Shown one piece after another: positions 15,504 to 24,943 of a stretch of DNA of 64,000 nt. Location: the IMG/VR virus record IMGVR_UViG_3300024336_000005, positions 124,001 to 188,000 of that record. One strand, given 5' to 3'. Numbering within the stretch: the first letter of the stretch is position 1; the number at the start of each line of letters is the position of its first letter. The position numbers and the translations under genes are program-made. Under the pieces are notes generated by a model. It made no database searches and was not told where the DNA came from. It saw only the letters and a list, made by a program, of their open reading frames with translations.

Positions 15504-16357
15504 TGTACAGACAGTATAAAATAAAGAAGCGCAAAGGAGGGTTCAGAACTATTACTGAACCCTCTGACTCTTTAAGTGAGATGCTGTCTTACCTTAAGGT
15601 GCACTTAGACGCCCTGCCCATGAGTGAACATGCTCATGGCTTTATTGTGAATAAGAGTATCATTACAAATGCCCTGCCGCACCGGAACAAAAGATATGTC
15701 CTTAACCTAGACGTTAAGAACTTCTTTCCCAGTGTTAGAAGGCCTCTGATGATGGAAAAGTTAGCTCCCTTCTTTAATGAAGGGAAGCTTCCTCTAGACA
15801 TCAGAGATTGGATTCATGAGTTGTGCTTCTTTGAAGGAGCGCTACCTCAGGGCTCACCAACCTCTCCTGTTCTTTCTAATCTCTATATAGCAGAGATAGA
15901 CGAAGAGCTAGTCAGAGTAGCAGGGGAGATGGACTGTACTTATACTAGGTACGCTGATGATATGACCTTTTCAGGAGGAGACGTCCTGAAAAGTGAGAGG
16001 GATAAGGTGGCGCGCGAGGTCGATCTTCTCTTGCAGAGGATTGAACTAAAGCTCCACCCACGTAAGGTAAAGCTTATGCCATACTATCAGAGACAGATTG
16101 TCACTGGCATTGTGGTAAATAATGAAAAATTGACGCTACCTAGATGGTACAAAGAGGAACTCTTCCTTGCTACAAAGGGAGAGGATCCGTCTACCTTCGA
16201 TGAACAATTCAGGGGTGTTCTTGAGTATGTTCGTTCGGTAGATTCACAATTCTATAAAAAAATGTGCAACCATATGATTGCACCAAAGGAGAATGAAGAT
16301 GGCAACACTTCCAGAGTGGATCACAGAGGTCCGATTTTATGCAACGACTCCCAGTAG
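15503..16357 (+). CDS. retron-type reverse transcriptase
   Basis: KKRKGGFRTI, NALPH (region X NAxxH), LDVKNFF, LPQGSPTSP, YTRYADD, QIVTGIVVN (region Y VTG); TAATG coupling to E1. Confidence 0.9.
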   Translation: MYRQYKIKKRKGGFRTITEPSDSLSEMLSYLKVHLDALPMSEHAHGFIVNKSIITNALPHRNKRYVLNLDVKNFFPSVRRPLMMEKLAPFFNEGKLPLDIRDWIHELCFFEGALPQGSPTSPVLSNLYIAEIDEELVRVAGEMDCTYTRYADDMTFSGGDVLKSERDKVAREVDLLLQRIELKLHPRKVKLMPYYQRQIVTGIVVNNEKLTLPRWYKEELFLATKGEDPSTFDEQFRGVLEYVRSVDSQFYKKMCNHMIAPKENEDGNTSRVDHRGPILCNDSQ

Positions 16358-16658
16358 TGACCGCGCCCCTCAGGCACGCGGTTCAGTAACATTTGCTGGT
16401 GCTGTTTACTCACAGTTCACAGTCTGGCAGTCAAACGATGGCGCCCTTCAGGTTGTACTGCCGAGAGTAAAGAACCCAAAGTATAATCCTGACGAAGCTC
16501 ACTCGAAGACCAACAAGATGTACTTCGAAGAGGTTGGTTGTACCAGCGGAGAGAAGAGGGAAGAGCTTGGCAAGGCTATCATTGGAAGCCTTCTCGAAGA
16601 GAGGAAGGCGACTCCAGTCAAGGAGAGCAACACAGGTTCGGACGGCATTCCGTTTTAA
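16299..16658 (+). CDS. SpoVG-like nucleic-acid-binding protein
   Basis: ITEVRF..ARGSVTF..FTVW..LQVVLP..YFEEV..REELGKAI; RBS AGGAG; overlaps the RT 3' end. Confidence 0.65.
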   Translation: MATLPEWITEVRFYATTPSSDRAPQARGSVTFAGAVYSQFTVWQSNDGALQVVLPRVKNPKYNPDEAHSKTNKMYFEEVGCTSGEKREELGKAIIGSLLEERKATPVKESNTGSDGIPF

Positions 16659-16668
16659 GGAGTAGCTC

Positions 16669-16971
16669 ATGAAGATTGAAGACGTCAAGTTCCTCAAGAG
16701 TGACTGCACTGTCTCTGGCGCTATCGTAGATAACGTTGGACGTGGTGAAAATCGTTCGCCCCGTTGGGGCGGAGGAATTCAAGGAACAATTGTAGGGAAT
16801 AATTTTCTGGGGCAGGGAGTGAATGCTGTAACAATCATTCATCATCCCACTCAGATTACAACCACAGTGGACACCTTTACTCCGAAGAGGAACAAAGAGC
16901 TTGCCTTCATTAAGCTCGAGATGCTTGTCAACAAGTGGATCGAAGAAGTTAAGGCGCGGATGGGCTCCTGA
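16669..16971 (+). CDS. hypothetical protein
   Basis: RBS AAGGAG. Confidence 0.65.
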   Translation: MKIEDVKFLKSDCTVSGAIVDNVGRGENRSPRWGGGIQGTIVGNNFLGQGVNAVTIIHHPTQITTTVDTFTPKRNKELAFIKLEMLVNKWIEEVKARMGS

Positions 16972-17291
16972 TGGGAGTCTTCAGCATGGCTCGCACTCAA
17001 GCCTTGGCAACTGCCTTCTCAAAGGCAATTGGAGAGACAGAAGGCTTGCATGATGTTGAGATTGCCTACGCCTTAGCAGCAACGATGCGTGGTCTTGGTG
17101 AAGTGCTATACGATAAAGAAGACACCTCTAAGGAGGCTGTCCTCGAAGACTATGCAAGCTCACCAAGTTGGGCTGGAGCTTTAATGATACATGCAGATCA
17201 AATCCATGTAATCAGAGAGCTTTTCATTCGGACAAAAGAATCCAATATAGATGAAGGAGTTGAAACAGACTCCAAGGAGACAGACGAATAA
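16971..17291 (+). CDS. hypothetical protein
   Basis: TGATG coupling. Confidence 0.6.
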   Translation: MGVFSMARTQALATAFSKAIGETEGLHDVEIAYALAATMRGLGEVLYDKEDTSKEAVLEDYASSPSWAGALMIHADQIHVIRELFIRTKESNIDEGVETDSKETDE

Positions 17292-17863
17292 TGGAGCAGG
17301 AACAGTTTGATACACTAGTTAGAGGGATCTCAGCGGTCCTTGATAATGTAAGGACCCCACAGTTTCGCCCTCCCTCAGTAAACTTCTTCATGCCTAATCG
17401 AGGCCAGCTGCAGTTTACAATCGCCGCTCCACGTTATCGTGAAGTTGAGCGAAAGAATCCTAAGGATGCTGGAGTTCGCTGGGCAGATAAGATGGGAGCG
17501 GTCTTCGTTGAGGCAGCTCCTGCCTTGCCGAACTCAGACAAGCTGGACTGGGACAATAAGAAGATGATCTTTGCCATGTCAGACAAGGACATCGGCCAGG
17601 TCCTTTGGGGCTTTGCTGCCAAGAAGGAAGACATCCGACTTGTTCACGCTCCTGATGAAAATGCAAAGCAAAACAATAAGACCTTCCGAATCCGAAAGGG
17701 AGATGACTTTAGAGGCGAGCCTCAGTGGATTCTATCTCTTACGGAAAAGAAGAATGGAGAGTCAAATGAAGTCTCTGTGTTCATCAAGGGACCGGATATG
17801 ATGAGACTCAAGTCGCTGTTGGAGGGAGCAATTCCCTACATACTGGGCGCCCATCGAACTTAG
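17291..17863 (+). CDS. Whirly-family ssDNA-binding protein
   Basis: GAVFVEAAPA..LDWDNKKMIFAMSDKDIG..LVHAP..NKTFRI..WILSL..IPYILG aligns by eye with recalled plant Whirly motifs. Confidence 0.62.
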   Translation: MEQEQFDTLVRGISAVLDNVRTPQFRPPSVNFFMPNRGQLQFTIAAPRYREVERKNPKDAGVRWADKMGAVFVEAAPALPNSDKLDWDNKKMIFAMSDKDIGQVLWGFAAKKEDIRLVHAPDENAKQNNKTFRIRKGDDFRGEPQWILSLTEKKNGESNEVSVFIKGPDMMRLKSLLEGAIPYILGAHRT

Positions 17864-17872
17864 GAGAATCAG

Positions 17873-18388
17873 TTGCTATTGTGGCTGTACCTTTTGTCAC
17901 TTCCCTTGATGGCTTGCCAGCCATACTCAGACAGCTATTACTCACATCTTCCTGATGCAGAGCACAGAAGTGCGACCTGCCAAAAAGGTGTGAGTATAGG
18001 CATGCTGTATGGTCTGGATCCTGAGATGGTTGCTGCTCTTCTAATGGAAGAGCAAAGGCATGCCGATAAAGATTATGAGGGCGGCATTCGCGGTCCTTTC
18101 CAAGTGTCAGCAAAAGATTGGTGTGAGGGCGGAACGTTTTCCACCTGTGCTGATCTAAACATTGCTGGTGCAAGAGCAATATCTCTTTTAAGAAATTGCT
18201 CAAAAATAAACTGGTCTAATTATGAATGCAAAAGGGAGAGGCGTAAGCCTCTTCCTTGGAGCAAGGTCCTCTGTCACTATGCCTCTGGCAACAAGTGCAC
18301 AAAGAAGGGACTTGCTTACACCAAGCGTGTTATGAGATGGAGAAATAATGTCCGACGCTACAGTAGACTACGACTTGCTAGAAGGTAA
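17873..18388 (+). CDS. lytic transglycosylase-like protein
   Basis: Signal peptide; VAALLMEE, GPFQV, NIAGA..L, HYASG. Confidence 0.55.
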   Translation: MLLWLYLLSLPLMACQPYSDSYYSHLPDAEHRSATCQKGVSIGMLYGLDPEMVAALLMEEQRHADKDYEGGIRGPFQVSAKDWCEGGTFSTCADLNIAGARAISLLRNCSKINWSNYECKRERRKPLPWSKVLCHYASGNKCTKKGLAYTKRVMRWRNNVRRYSRLRLARR

Positions 18389-18854
18389 AGCCATTCGGCT
18401 CCTATTGGAGTCCAATGGAAAGCAGCTCAGCGTAAAGGAAGTCTTTGATGCAATGCTCGCAGAACAGGACGCACATGCTTTAGCCCAAAGGCTTCCTCAA
18501 GAGGAGAGCGCTGCAGCGCAACTTGTTGCTGCCTGCTATGCCTTGGTTCCCGGCCTGCATGTAGAGTCTATGTACTATGGGCTAATCTTAGCAGCCTATC
18601 TGAATAGAAATAATATTGAGCTAAGCGTTGAGTCTACTGATATGACACTTGAAGACTGTGCCATAAAGAGGAAGAGCCTGGCGATGGAGATTAACACCAT
18701 CATGAAGAGGGCCTTTGATCGAACTCAAGAGCACTTCAAGGGTGCAGAAGCAATGCTATTTGAACTAGAAAGGGGACTGCGTGAAGATACTGATCTATGT
18801 GAAGAAGAATCAACAGGAGCCTCTCTCGATAGTCTCGAAGGCTCTGAGGGATAG
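18348..18854 (+). CDS. hypothetical protein
   Basis: 168 aa ORF. Confidence 0.6.
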   Translation: MSDATVDYDLLEGKAIRLLLESNGKQLSVKEVFDAMLAEQDAHALAQRLPQEESAAAQLVAACYALVPGLHVESMYYGLILAAYLNRNNIELSVESTDMTLEDCAIKRKSLAMEINTIMKRAFDRTQEHFKGAEAMLFELERGLREDTDLCEEESTGASLDSLEGSEG

Positions 18855-19305
18855 CATCAAGGGAGGGTTTGAATGGGAGGTTGTCTCCTGTTGGGATGAC
18901 TTCGCCGATGCTCTTGGGGTGTTTAAGGTTTATGCAGAGGATGGTGCGCCAAGACCTGGTGTTCACATTGACCTTAAGTGGCCAAGTCCTACGACATTCA
19001 TAAAGAAGCCCGCGCTAAAAGAAAAGGTGTGGGCAGACATAGAGACTAAGCTTGTCCCCTTGTTTCATAAGAAGGCTCCTGATAGGGAGCCTCTTGTCCT
19101 TACGGACCATCAGCTTCAAACAATCCTAAAGCTCCTTGGGGAGGCAAAGATTCCATTTGAAGTAGACCATCCCAATGGATCAGTCATAGGGATAAATAAG
19201 AACCATGGGGTGGAGTACAGTTTAACTTCTGCAGACGTTGCCTCTATGGTGGCTGCTGCTTGGCTATTCAAGTCTGGCTCGGTACGCCTCGAACGAAAAG
19301 AGTAG
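18781..19305 (+). CDS. hypothetical protein
   Basis: 174 aa ORF; start uncertain. Confidence 0.55.
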   Translation: MKILIYVKKNQQEPLSIVSKALRDSIKGGFEWEVVSCWDDFADALGVFKVYAEDGAPRPGVHIDLKWPSPTTFIKKPALKEKVWADIETKLVPLFHKKAPDREPLVLTDHQLQTILKLLGEAKIPFEVDHPNGSVIGINKNHGVEYSLTSADVASMVAAAWLFKSGSVRLERKE

Positions 19306-19350
19306 TCAAGGAAAGGTAGGTGCTGTTTAGCAAGTATGCTAAATTAGTAG

Positions 19351-19438
19351 TAGGTTACTTTGTATATGGTGCGGCGAGAGAGACGTCATTTAGAATTCAT
19401 GGCGTCCTCAAAGAAATGGCTGAGCCAAACTTAACCTT
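19351..19438 (+). ncRNA. intergenic hairpin RNA candidate
   Basis: AGGTTA/TAACCT, TTTG/CAAA, CGGC/GCTG, GACGTCAT/ATGGCGTC nested. Confidence 0.3.
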
Positions 19439-19487
19439 AAATTCTGATTTTGAATATGTTATCTATAGCATTGATTGAAGAAGGCAG

Positions 19488-20228
19488 ATGGATTGGAAAG
19501 AAAGACCAGCAAAGCAGAAGGCAAGAGATTGGCTGCTGTCGCAGCTGGACCTAAAGAGGGTAGACACATACCTAGGCCTCCCCGCAGGAGAGGCCATCTT
19601 CGAGAGGCTCTTAGTAAAAGAACATCCCGTATCTTCAATGGAACTCTTTGAACGAGATTTGGACGTAGCTGAATATCTTAGGGAAAGCATCTTTGCTTAT
19701 AACCTAAGAGGGACGACTCTTCCCGAATGGAAGCACGCTCGTAGCGTAATAGTGAATGAAACAGACGTAGACGTCTGGCTGGGTCTGGCGAGAGAATTCG
19801 CTCCGTCCTTCCCCTCTTACGATCTTGCTTGGTTGGACTACTGTGGTCCGATTACCTCTACGAGATTAGAGAACCTTCAAAACCTTGCCGAAGCCATGCC
19901 AGATGATGGAGTCCTTGCGGTCACATTTATGGCTTGCAGAGAAGGGGCTGAGGTGTTTGGCGAAATGGTAGAGGCCGACTCTTCTGTTGCTATCATTAGG
20001 AAGAACAGAAGGTCGGATGCAGAGACTCCAGAGAAGCATCTCAAAAGAATTAGAATTGTTACAAACGCTCTCCTTGAGAAGACCTTTCCCTTGAGGATAA
20101 AGGTACTTCCCTATCAAGATGGAGCTCCAATGTTGTTGTTTGTAATCAAGAAGTCAGACAGCAAAAGAGGGATTGTTTCTCTCGCACGAAGGACTTCTGT
20201 AGAGGTCCTTCCATCACTAAAGGATTAA
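19488..20228 (+). CDS. SAM-dependent methyltransferase-like protein
   Basis: YLGLPAG, FERD, YDLAWLDYCG, GVLAVTF. Confidence 0.5.
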   Translation: MDWKERPAKQKARDWLLSQLDLKRVDTYLGLPAGEAIFERLLVKEHPVSSMELFERDLDVAEYLRESIFAYNLRGTTLPEWKHARSVIVNETDVDVWLGLAREFAPSFPSYDLAWLDYCGPITSTRLENLQNLAEAMPDDGVLAVTFMACREGAEVFGEMVEADSSVAIIRKNRRSDAETPEKHLKRIRIVTNALLEKTFPLRIKVLPYQDGAPMLLFVIKKSDSKRGIVSLARRTSVEVLPSLKD

Positions 20229-20230
20229 TC

Positions 20231-20506
20231 ATGAACGCAGAAACAGTAACAGTTGACGACCTTATCATTTACACAGCAAGCCTTGAGGCAGAGGTTACAG
20301 AACTGGAAGAGGATAGAGAGCTCTTGACTGTAGAGAACCGTGGCCTTCGTCGAAGTGTAGGGGCCTATAAGGCCAATGGAACACGTCGTCGCGCAGCTCA
20401 AACGGAAACGCAGGAGCGGCTCCAGGAACTTGAGAGTGAGAACCTACGCTTGAGGCGTTCGGTGGCCGGCTATAAGGCAAATGCAACACGCCGCGCCAAT
20501 CGATAA
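20231..20506 (+). CDS. coiled-coil protein with a duplicated LRRSV-YKANxTRR motif
   Basis: Two internal copies visible. Confidence 0.65.
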   Translation: MNAETVTVDDLIIYTASLEAEVTELEEDRELLTVENRGLRRSVGAYKANGTRRRAAQTETQERLQELESENLRLRRSVAGYKANATRRANR

Positions 20507-21255
20507 TGGCCCTCTGGTTTGATGAGGAGGGCTGGCTTCATTCGGATGAAGCCGATCTCCTTGTGGAGCACAACAAGACTCATAAGTTCTCAAAGGGAAT
20601 GCATTCCTATATCAAAAAGAACTTTGGCAATCAGTTGCATGGAACCATTACGCACTATGACGCCTTGCCTTCCGCAAGGCGAACGATTCAGGGGATGACT
20701 TCACAGAGGAAGACCCCCTCAACTCACTTTATCATTGCGCGAGATGGAAGAATTCATCAGCTGGTTTCCATCCACGATAGAGCCTGGCATGCTGCCTTTA
20801 AGAGGCTCGGCGGTAAGGTTGTAGAATGGCCTAAGACCAATGGGCGTATGCCCATGGGCAATGGTCACACTACTGGAAGCCCCAACCAATGGTTCATCGG
20901 CATTGACCTTTCCAATTGGGGAAAGCTCGATGGACTAACACCTAGGATAGCAAGGTCTTGGACTGGTGAGCCTATCAATGAATCTGATGTCAGTATGGTT
21001 CGCGGTGTGTGCTGGGAGAGATACAGAAAGGAAGCAACCGACTCTTATGTTGAATTGCTGGCTGCTCTTATCTTAGAGTTGGACCTCAAGAAGAATATGC
21101 ATTACAGACATAGTGATACCTCTCCGACAAGGAAGGTAGATCCAGGTCCAGCCTTTGACTTCACAACATATCTCAATAATGCTTATCATTGTGTTGATAC
21201 TCTAGATCGAATCTTTGATTTAGATAACTTAGATGAGGAAAACGAGGAGCCTTAA
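20506..21255 (+). CDS. N-acetylmuramoyl-L-alanine amidase (Amidase_2), likely endolysin
   Basis: ITHY, STHFII..G..HQLV, AWHA, IGID, HSD..RKVDPG. Confidence 0.88.
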   Translation: MALWFDEEGWLHSDEADLLVEHNKTHKFSKGMHSYIKKNFGNQLHGTITHYDALPSARRTIQGMTSQRKTPSTHFIIARDGRIHQLVSIHDRAWHAAFKRLGGKVVEWPKTNGRMPMGNGHTTGSPNQWFIGIDLSNWGKLDGLTPRIARSWTGEPINESDVSMVRGVCWERYRKEATDSYVELLAALILELDLKKNMHYRHSDTSPTRKVDPGPAFDFTTYLNNAYHCVDTLDRIFDLDNLDEENEEP

Positions 21256-21869
21256 TGAGCGAACAAGTGCAACAGACCATTGATACGGCACATAAGCCTA
21301 CGCTGAACCCATCATCTGGGGCACTTAGAGACGCTTGGCTAAGGAGCTTCAGCGAGAATGCCGTCGTAGGCAGGCTCTATGGAGAGGGTGGCGCTGTCAT
21401 TTCAAAGGGCATGTCACCCATGGCTTGGTTGACCAAGCTGAGGGTGTTAGACCCCGGCAAGAAGTTTCACACGCTCTCCCCAGAGGAGCTTCAAGCTGTT
21501 TGGATTGAACTTGCCTACAACTACAACACCGCTGCCTCCTTCCATGCTAACTACACCCTTGTTGCCAAGGCTTTAGCAGGAGAGGTCGAGGGAGTTGAGA
21601 GCGAATTTATCGGTAAGGAAATAAGTGAATATAAACCGGGCGGTAAGCATTGGGACGCAGTCCTAAAGAAGGCCCCTCGTGCACCCGGCAAGGAAGTCCT
21701 TGAGAGGTTAGCTCGAGTTCACACATCCACAGCTCGGAAAGAGCTTCGTTGGTATAACATCCAAGCTGAATTCTTTTACAATATCATGATGAACCTAGAG
21801 ACACAGAGACGGTGCCTTAAGGACTATAATGAAATGGCAAGGGCCGACCCCTCTAACAGAGGGTTCTAA
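21255..21869 (+). CDS. hypothetical protein
   Basis: TAATG coupling. Confidence 0.65.
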   Translation: MSEQVQQTIDTAHKPTLNPSSGALRDAWLRSFSENAVVGRLYGEGGAVISKGMSPMAWLTKLRVLDPGKKFHTLSPEELQAVWIELAYNYNTAASFHANYTLVAKALAGEVEGVESEFIGKEISEYKPGGKHWDAVLKKAPRAPGKEVLERLARVHTSTARKELRWYNIQAEFFYNIMMNLETQRRCLKDYNEMARADPSNRGF

Positions 21870-21877
21870 GGAATTAA

Positions 21878-22582
21878 ATGACAGACCAAAATTATACTGA
21901 CGTTATCGTATTGCTTGATAAGAGTGGATCAATGAGATCCATTGCTGGTGCCACAGTCAAGGGCGTAGATGATCTTATCACTGAGCAGGCTGCCGTTGGT
22001 GGCAAGTGCCTTTTCACTTTGATTCAGTTCAATGTGAATATGGAAACCACTTATGATGCTATCCCCATCTGTGAAGCTGGGGAGTTTTCTAAGAGGGACT
22101 ATCGTCCTGGTGGTGCGACGGCATTGATGGATGCCCTTGGGTATACCATCAACAATACAGGTGTCCGCTTTCAGATAATGAAAGAAGAAGAGCGCCCTAA
22201 CAAGGTTTTGTTTGTCATTGTGTCAGACGGTCTTGAGAACCAGTCTCAAATGTTTAGAGCTGAGACAGTTGCACAAATGATTGCCCATCAAGAGAACTAC
22301 TACAAGTGGGAGTTCGTCTTCATCGGAACAGATTTTGATGTCGCAGCAGAACAAGATAGGCTGAAGTTTAAGAGCGCCTACATATTCAATAAAGATGGCG
22401 CTGGCACTGATGGTATGTTTAAGGGTCTTTCTCGCAGCATTGCGCGAGCCCGTACAACTGGCGAGGACTACAACACGGCATACGTAGTTTCTTCGGCACA
22501 AGCCGTGGCGGCAGGAACAGCTGATGTAGAGAGTCTTGCGAAGGCCACAGAAGCCACAAAGGCCTCCGCCAATAAGCCCTAG
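21878..22582 (+). CDS. VWA domain protein
   Basis: MIDAS LLDKSGSM, GATALMDA, VSDGLEN. Confidence 0.9.
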   Translation: MTDQNYTDVIVLLDKSGSMRSIAGATVKGVDDLITEQAAVGGKCLFTLIQFNVNMETTYDAIPICEAGEFSKRDYRPGGATALMDALGYTINNTGVRFQIMKEEERPNKVLFVIVSDGLENQSQMFRAETVAQMIAHQENYYKWEFVFIGTDFDVAAEQDRLKFKSAYIFNKDGAGTDGMFKGLSRSIARARTTGEDYNTAYVVSSAQAVAAGTADVESLAKATEATKASANKP

Positions 22583-22603
22583 CATTCGCTAGGAGGAGCA
22601 TGC

Positions 22604-24943
22604 ATGTCCAAGGTAAAGGGAAGCGGCCTGATGGCCGCTTACAACTTCAAAGAAAAGTACGCACGTTATAATGGAGAGGAAAGCAGGAGGGAAGAGTGGC
22701 CTGAGTCGGTCCGTCGCATGTTTTACATGCACGACAACGCTTACGCTCACCTCTTGTCACCTGAAGACCTTGCGGAGGTCAGTGATGCAGAAGATTCTGT
22801 AAGGGCGAAGCTCCTCCTTGGCTCTCAGCGTGCCTTACAATTTGGAGGCAAGGGTGTAGAAGCTCACAACATGAGAATCTACAACTGTGCTGTCTCTTAC
22901 TGTGACAGACCAAGGTTCTTTGCAGAAGCCTTTTACATGTTGCTCTGTGGATGCGGCGTAGGGTTCTCGGTGCAGCAGCATCACGTTGCTCAGCTGCCTA
23001 AGTTCCGTACTCATCCCACACAGATTAGCAAGGTCGTTACGATAAAAGACAGCATCGAAGGATGGGCAGATGCGCTTGACTATCTTGTTAGCTACTATCT
23101 TCAGCTAGCTCCTATTGATCATGCACAAGAGATTTTTGCAAAGCCTGAATTTGACTACTCTGAGATCCGAGATCGAGGAGCTAAGCTTTCAGTAGGTGGT
23201 ACCGCCCCAGGACCTGAGCCTCTCAGAAGAGCCTTAGAAAAGATTAAGGCAATCTTTGAGAGGGCCATTGCAAATGGACAGGCAGAACTTCGCTCCGTTG
23301 ATGCCTATGATATTGTTATGCATGCTTCTGATGCTGTACTTTCTGGCGGCGTGCGTCGTTCTGCTTCTATCGCGCTTTTCTCTCCTGATGATGAGCTCAT
23401 GGCAGGAGCAAAGACTGGCAATTGGTTCATTGATAATCCTCAGCGTGGCAGGAGTAATAACTCTGCTGTTCTTGTAAGAGGAGTGGACAACCTAGAGAAC
23501 TTCAAACGACTCATGAGGTCTGTCCGAGAGTTTGGAGAGCCTGGGTTCATCTTTGTTGAATCTCTTGAATATATCTACAACCCTTGCGTAGAAGTTGGCA
23601 TGTGTCCGGTTCTAATCTTGGATCCAAATGGAGATGTTGTAGAACAATATACATTAGACCTACTTAATTTCACGAAACGAAATGAATGGACCGCAGAGGG
23701 ATATACATTTCGGAGTGGATGGCAGTGCTGCAATCTTACGGAAATGAATGCTTCTGCCTGGACCTCTCAGCATGATGCATATAAATGTGCACGTCATGCA
23801 GCGATTATTGGGACCCTTCAGGCTGGCTACACTGATCCTGGATATCTAACAGCAACTTCACAACTCATCATTGAAAGAGAGTCCCTCCTGGGTGTTTCCA
23901 TGACAGGGATGATGGATAATACGACGTTGTCGTTAGATCCAATTGTGCTTAGGAGGATGGCTGAGATTGTTCGTGAAACAAACGCAGAGTGGGCCGCAAA
24001 GATTGGTATCAATCCTGCTGCTAGAACCACATGCGTAAAACCTGCTGGTAACAGTTCGGTCCTTCTGTCTGAAAGGTTCTTCGTAGCCTCTGGCTGTCAC
24101 GCGCACCACGCTAAGAGAATGATTCGTAGAGTCCAGGCACACAAGGATGGTCCCATCCTACAGTGGTTTAAGGAACATAATCCTCATATGATTGAGGAGA
24201 GTGTTTGGAGTGCAAACAAGACTGATGATGTGATTAGCTTCCCCATTGAGATTCAAGAGGGGGCTCTCACAAAGGATCACTTTACGGCAATTCAATTCTT
24301 AAGCACTGTCGCACTGATTCAAAAGAACTGGGTCATCCCTGGCACAGCTAGACCAATGTCCTGCGAAGGCTTAACGCATAATGTATCCAATACATGCACC
24401 GTTCAGCCTGATGAGTGGGGTGACGTCGGACGCTATATCTATGAGAACAAGAAGCTCTTCTCTGGGCTTTCTCTCTTGAGTAGCTCGGGAGATTTCATCT
24501 ACAGGCAAGCCCCTATGCAGAGGATTGTCTTTGAGGATGAGCTTGCGGAACAGTTTGGTAGATCTAACGTTGGTGCAGCTAAGCATTTGAAGCGTCATAT
24601 AGAAAGGCGCTACGGTAGCCTTCACGACGTCATGATGCCACTTAAGATGGTACTTGAGGGGTACACCACAGAAGAGGCTATAGAGGGCACCAAGGTGCAT
24701 CCAGAGCTACTGTGGGATACCTATAAGAGGATCCGTGCTGTCATCCATGTTGAAGACACAGATGACATCCTATTTCTACTGTCCGCTATAGGACATGAGG
24801 AACTATGGAAGAGCCTTACTGAAAATATGGTTGATGTAGATTACTCTCAGCTCTATGAGGGAGAGGATCTTACAAAGCTTGCAGACAATATTGCCTGTGG
24901 TGGTGGCTCTTGCGAGCTGGACTTTAGCATTCCAAAGGAATAA
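22604..24943 (+). CDS. nrdJ: class II (B12-dependent) monomeric ribonucleotide reductase
   Basis: YNCA, GCGVGFS, GGVRRSA, NPCVE, CCNLTE, TCVKPAGN, C-terminal CGGGSC. Confidence 0.95.
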   Translation: MSKVKGSGLMAAYNFKEKYARYNGEESRREEWPESVRRMFYMHDNAYAHLLSPEDLAEVSDAEDSVRAKLLLGSQRALQFGGKGVEAHNMRIYNCAVSYCDRPRFFAEAFYMLLCGCGVGFSVQQHHVAQLPKFRTHPTQISKVVTIKDSIEGWADALDYLVSYYLQLAPIDHAQEIFAKPEFDYSEIRDRGAKLSVGGTAPGPEPLRRALEKIKAIFERAIANGQAELRSVDAYDIVMHASDAVLSGGVRRSASIALFSPDDELMAGAKTGNWFIDNPQRGRSNNSAVLVRGVDNLENFKRLMRSVREFGEPGFIFVESLEYIYNPCVEVGMCPVLILDPNGDVVEQYTLDLLNFTKRNEWTAEGYTFRSGWQCCNLTEMNASAWTSQHDAYKCARHAAIIGTLQAGYTDPGYLTATSQLIIERESLLGVSMTGMMDNTTLSLDPIVLRRMAEIVRETNAEWAAKIGINPAARTTCVKPAGNSSVLLSERFFVASGCHAHHAKRMIRRVQAHKDGPILQWFKEHNPHMIEESVWSANKTDDVISFPIEIQEGALTKDHFTAIQFLSTVALIQKNWVIPGTARPMSCEGLTHNVSNTCTVQPDEWGDVGRYIYENKKLFSGLSLLSSSGDFIYRQAPMQRIVFEDELAEQFGRSNVGAAKHLKRHIERRYGSLHDVMMPLKMVLEGYTTEEAIEGTKVHPELLWDTYKRIRAVIHVEDTDDILFLLSAIGHEELWKSLTENMVDVDYSQLYEGEDLTKLADNIACGGGSCELDFSIPKE

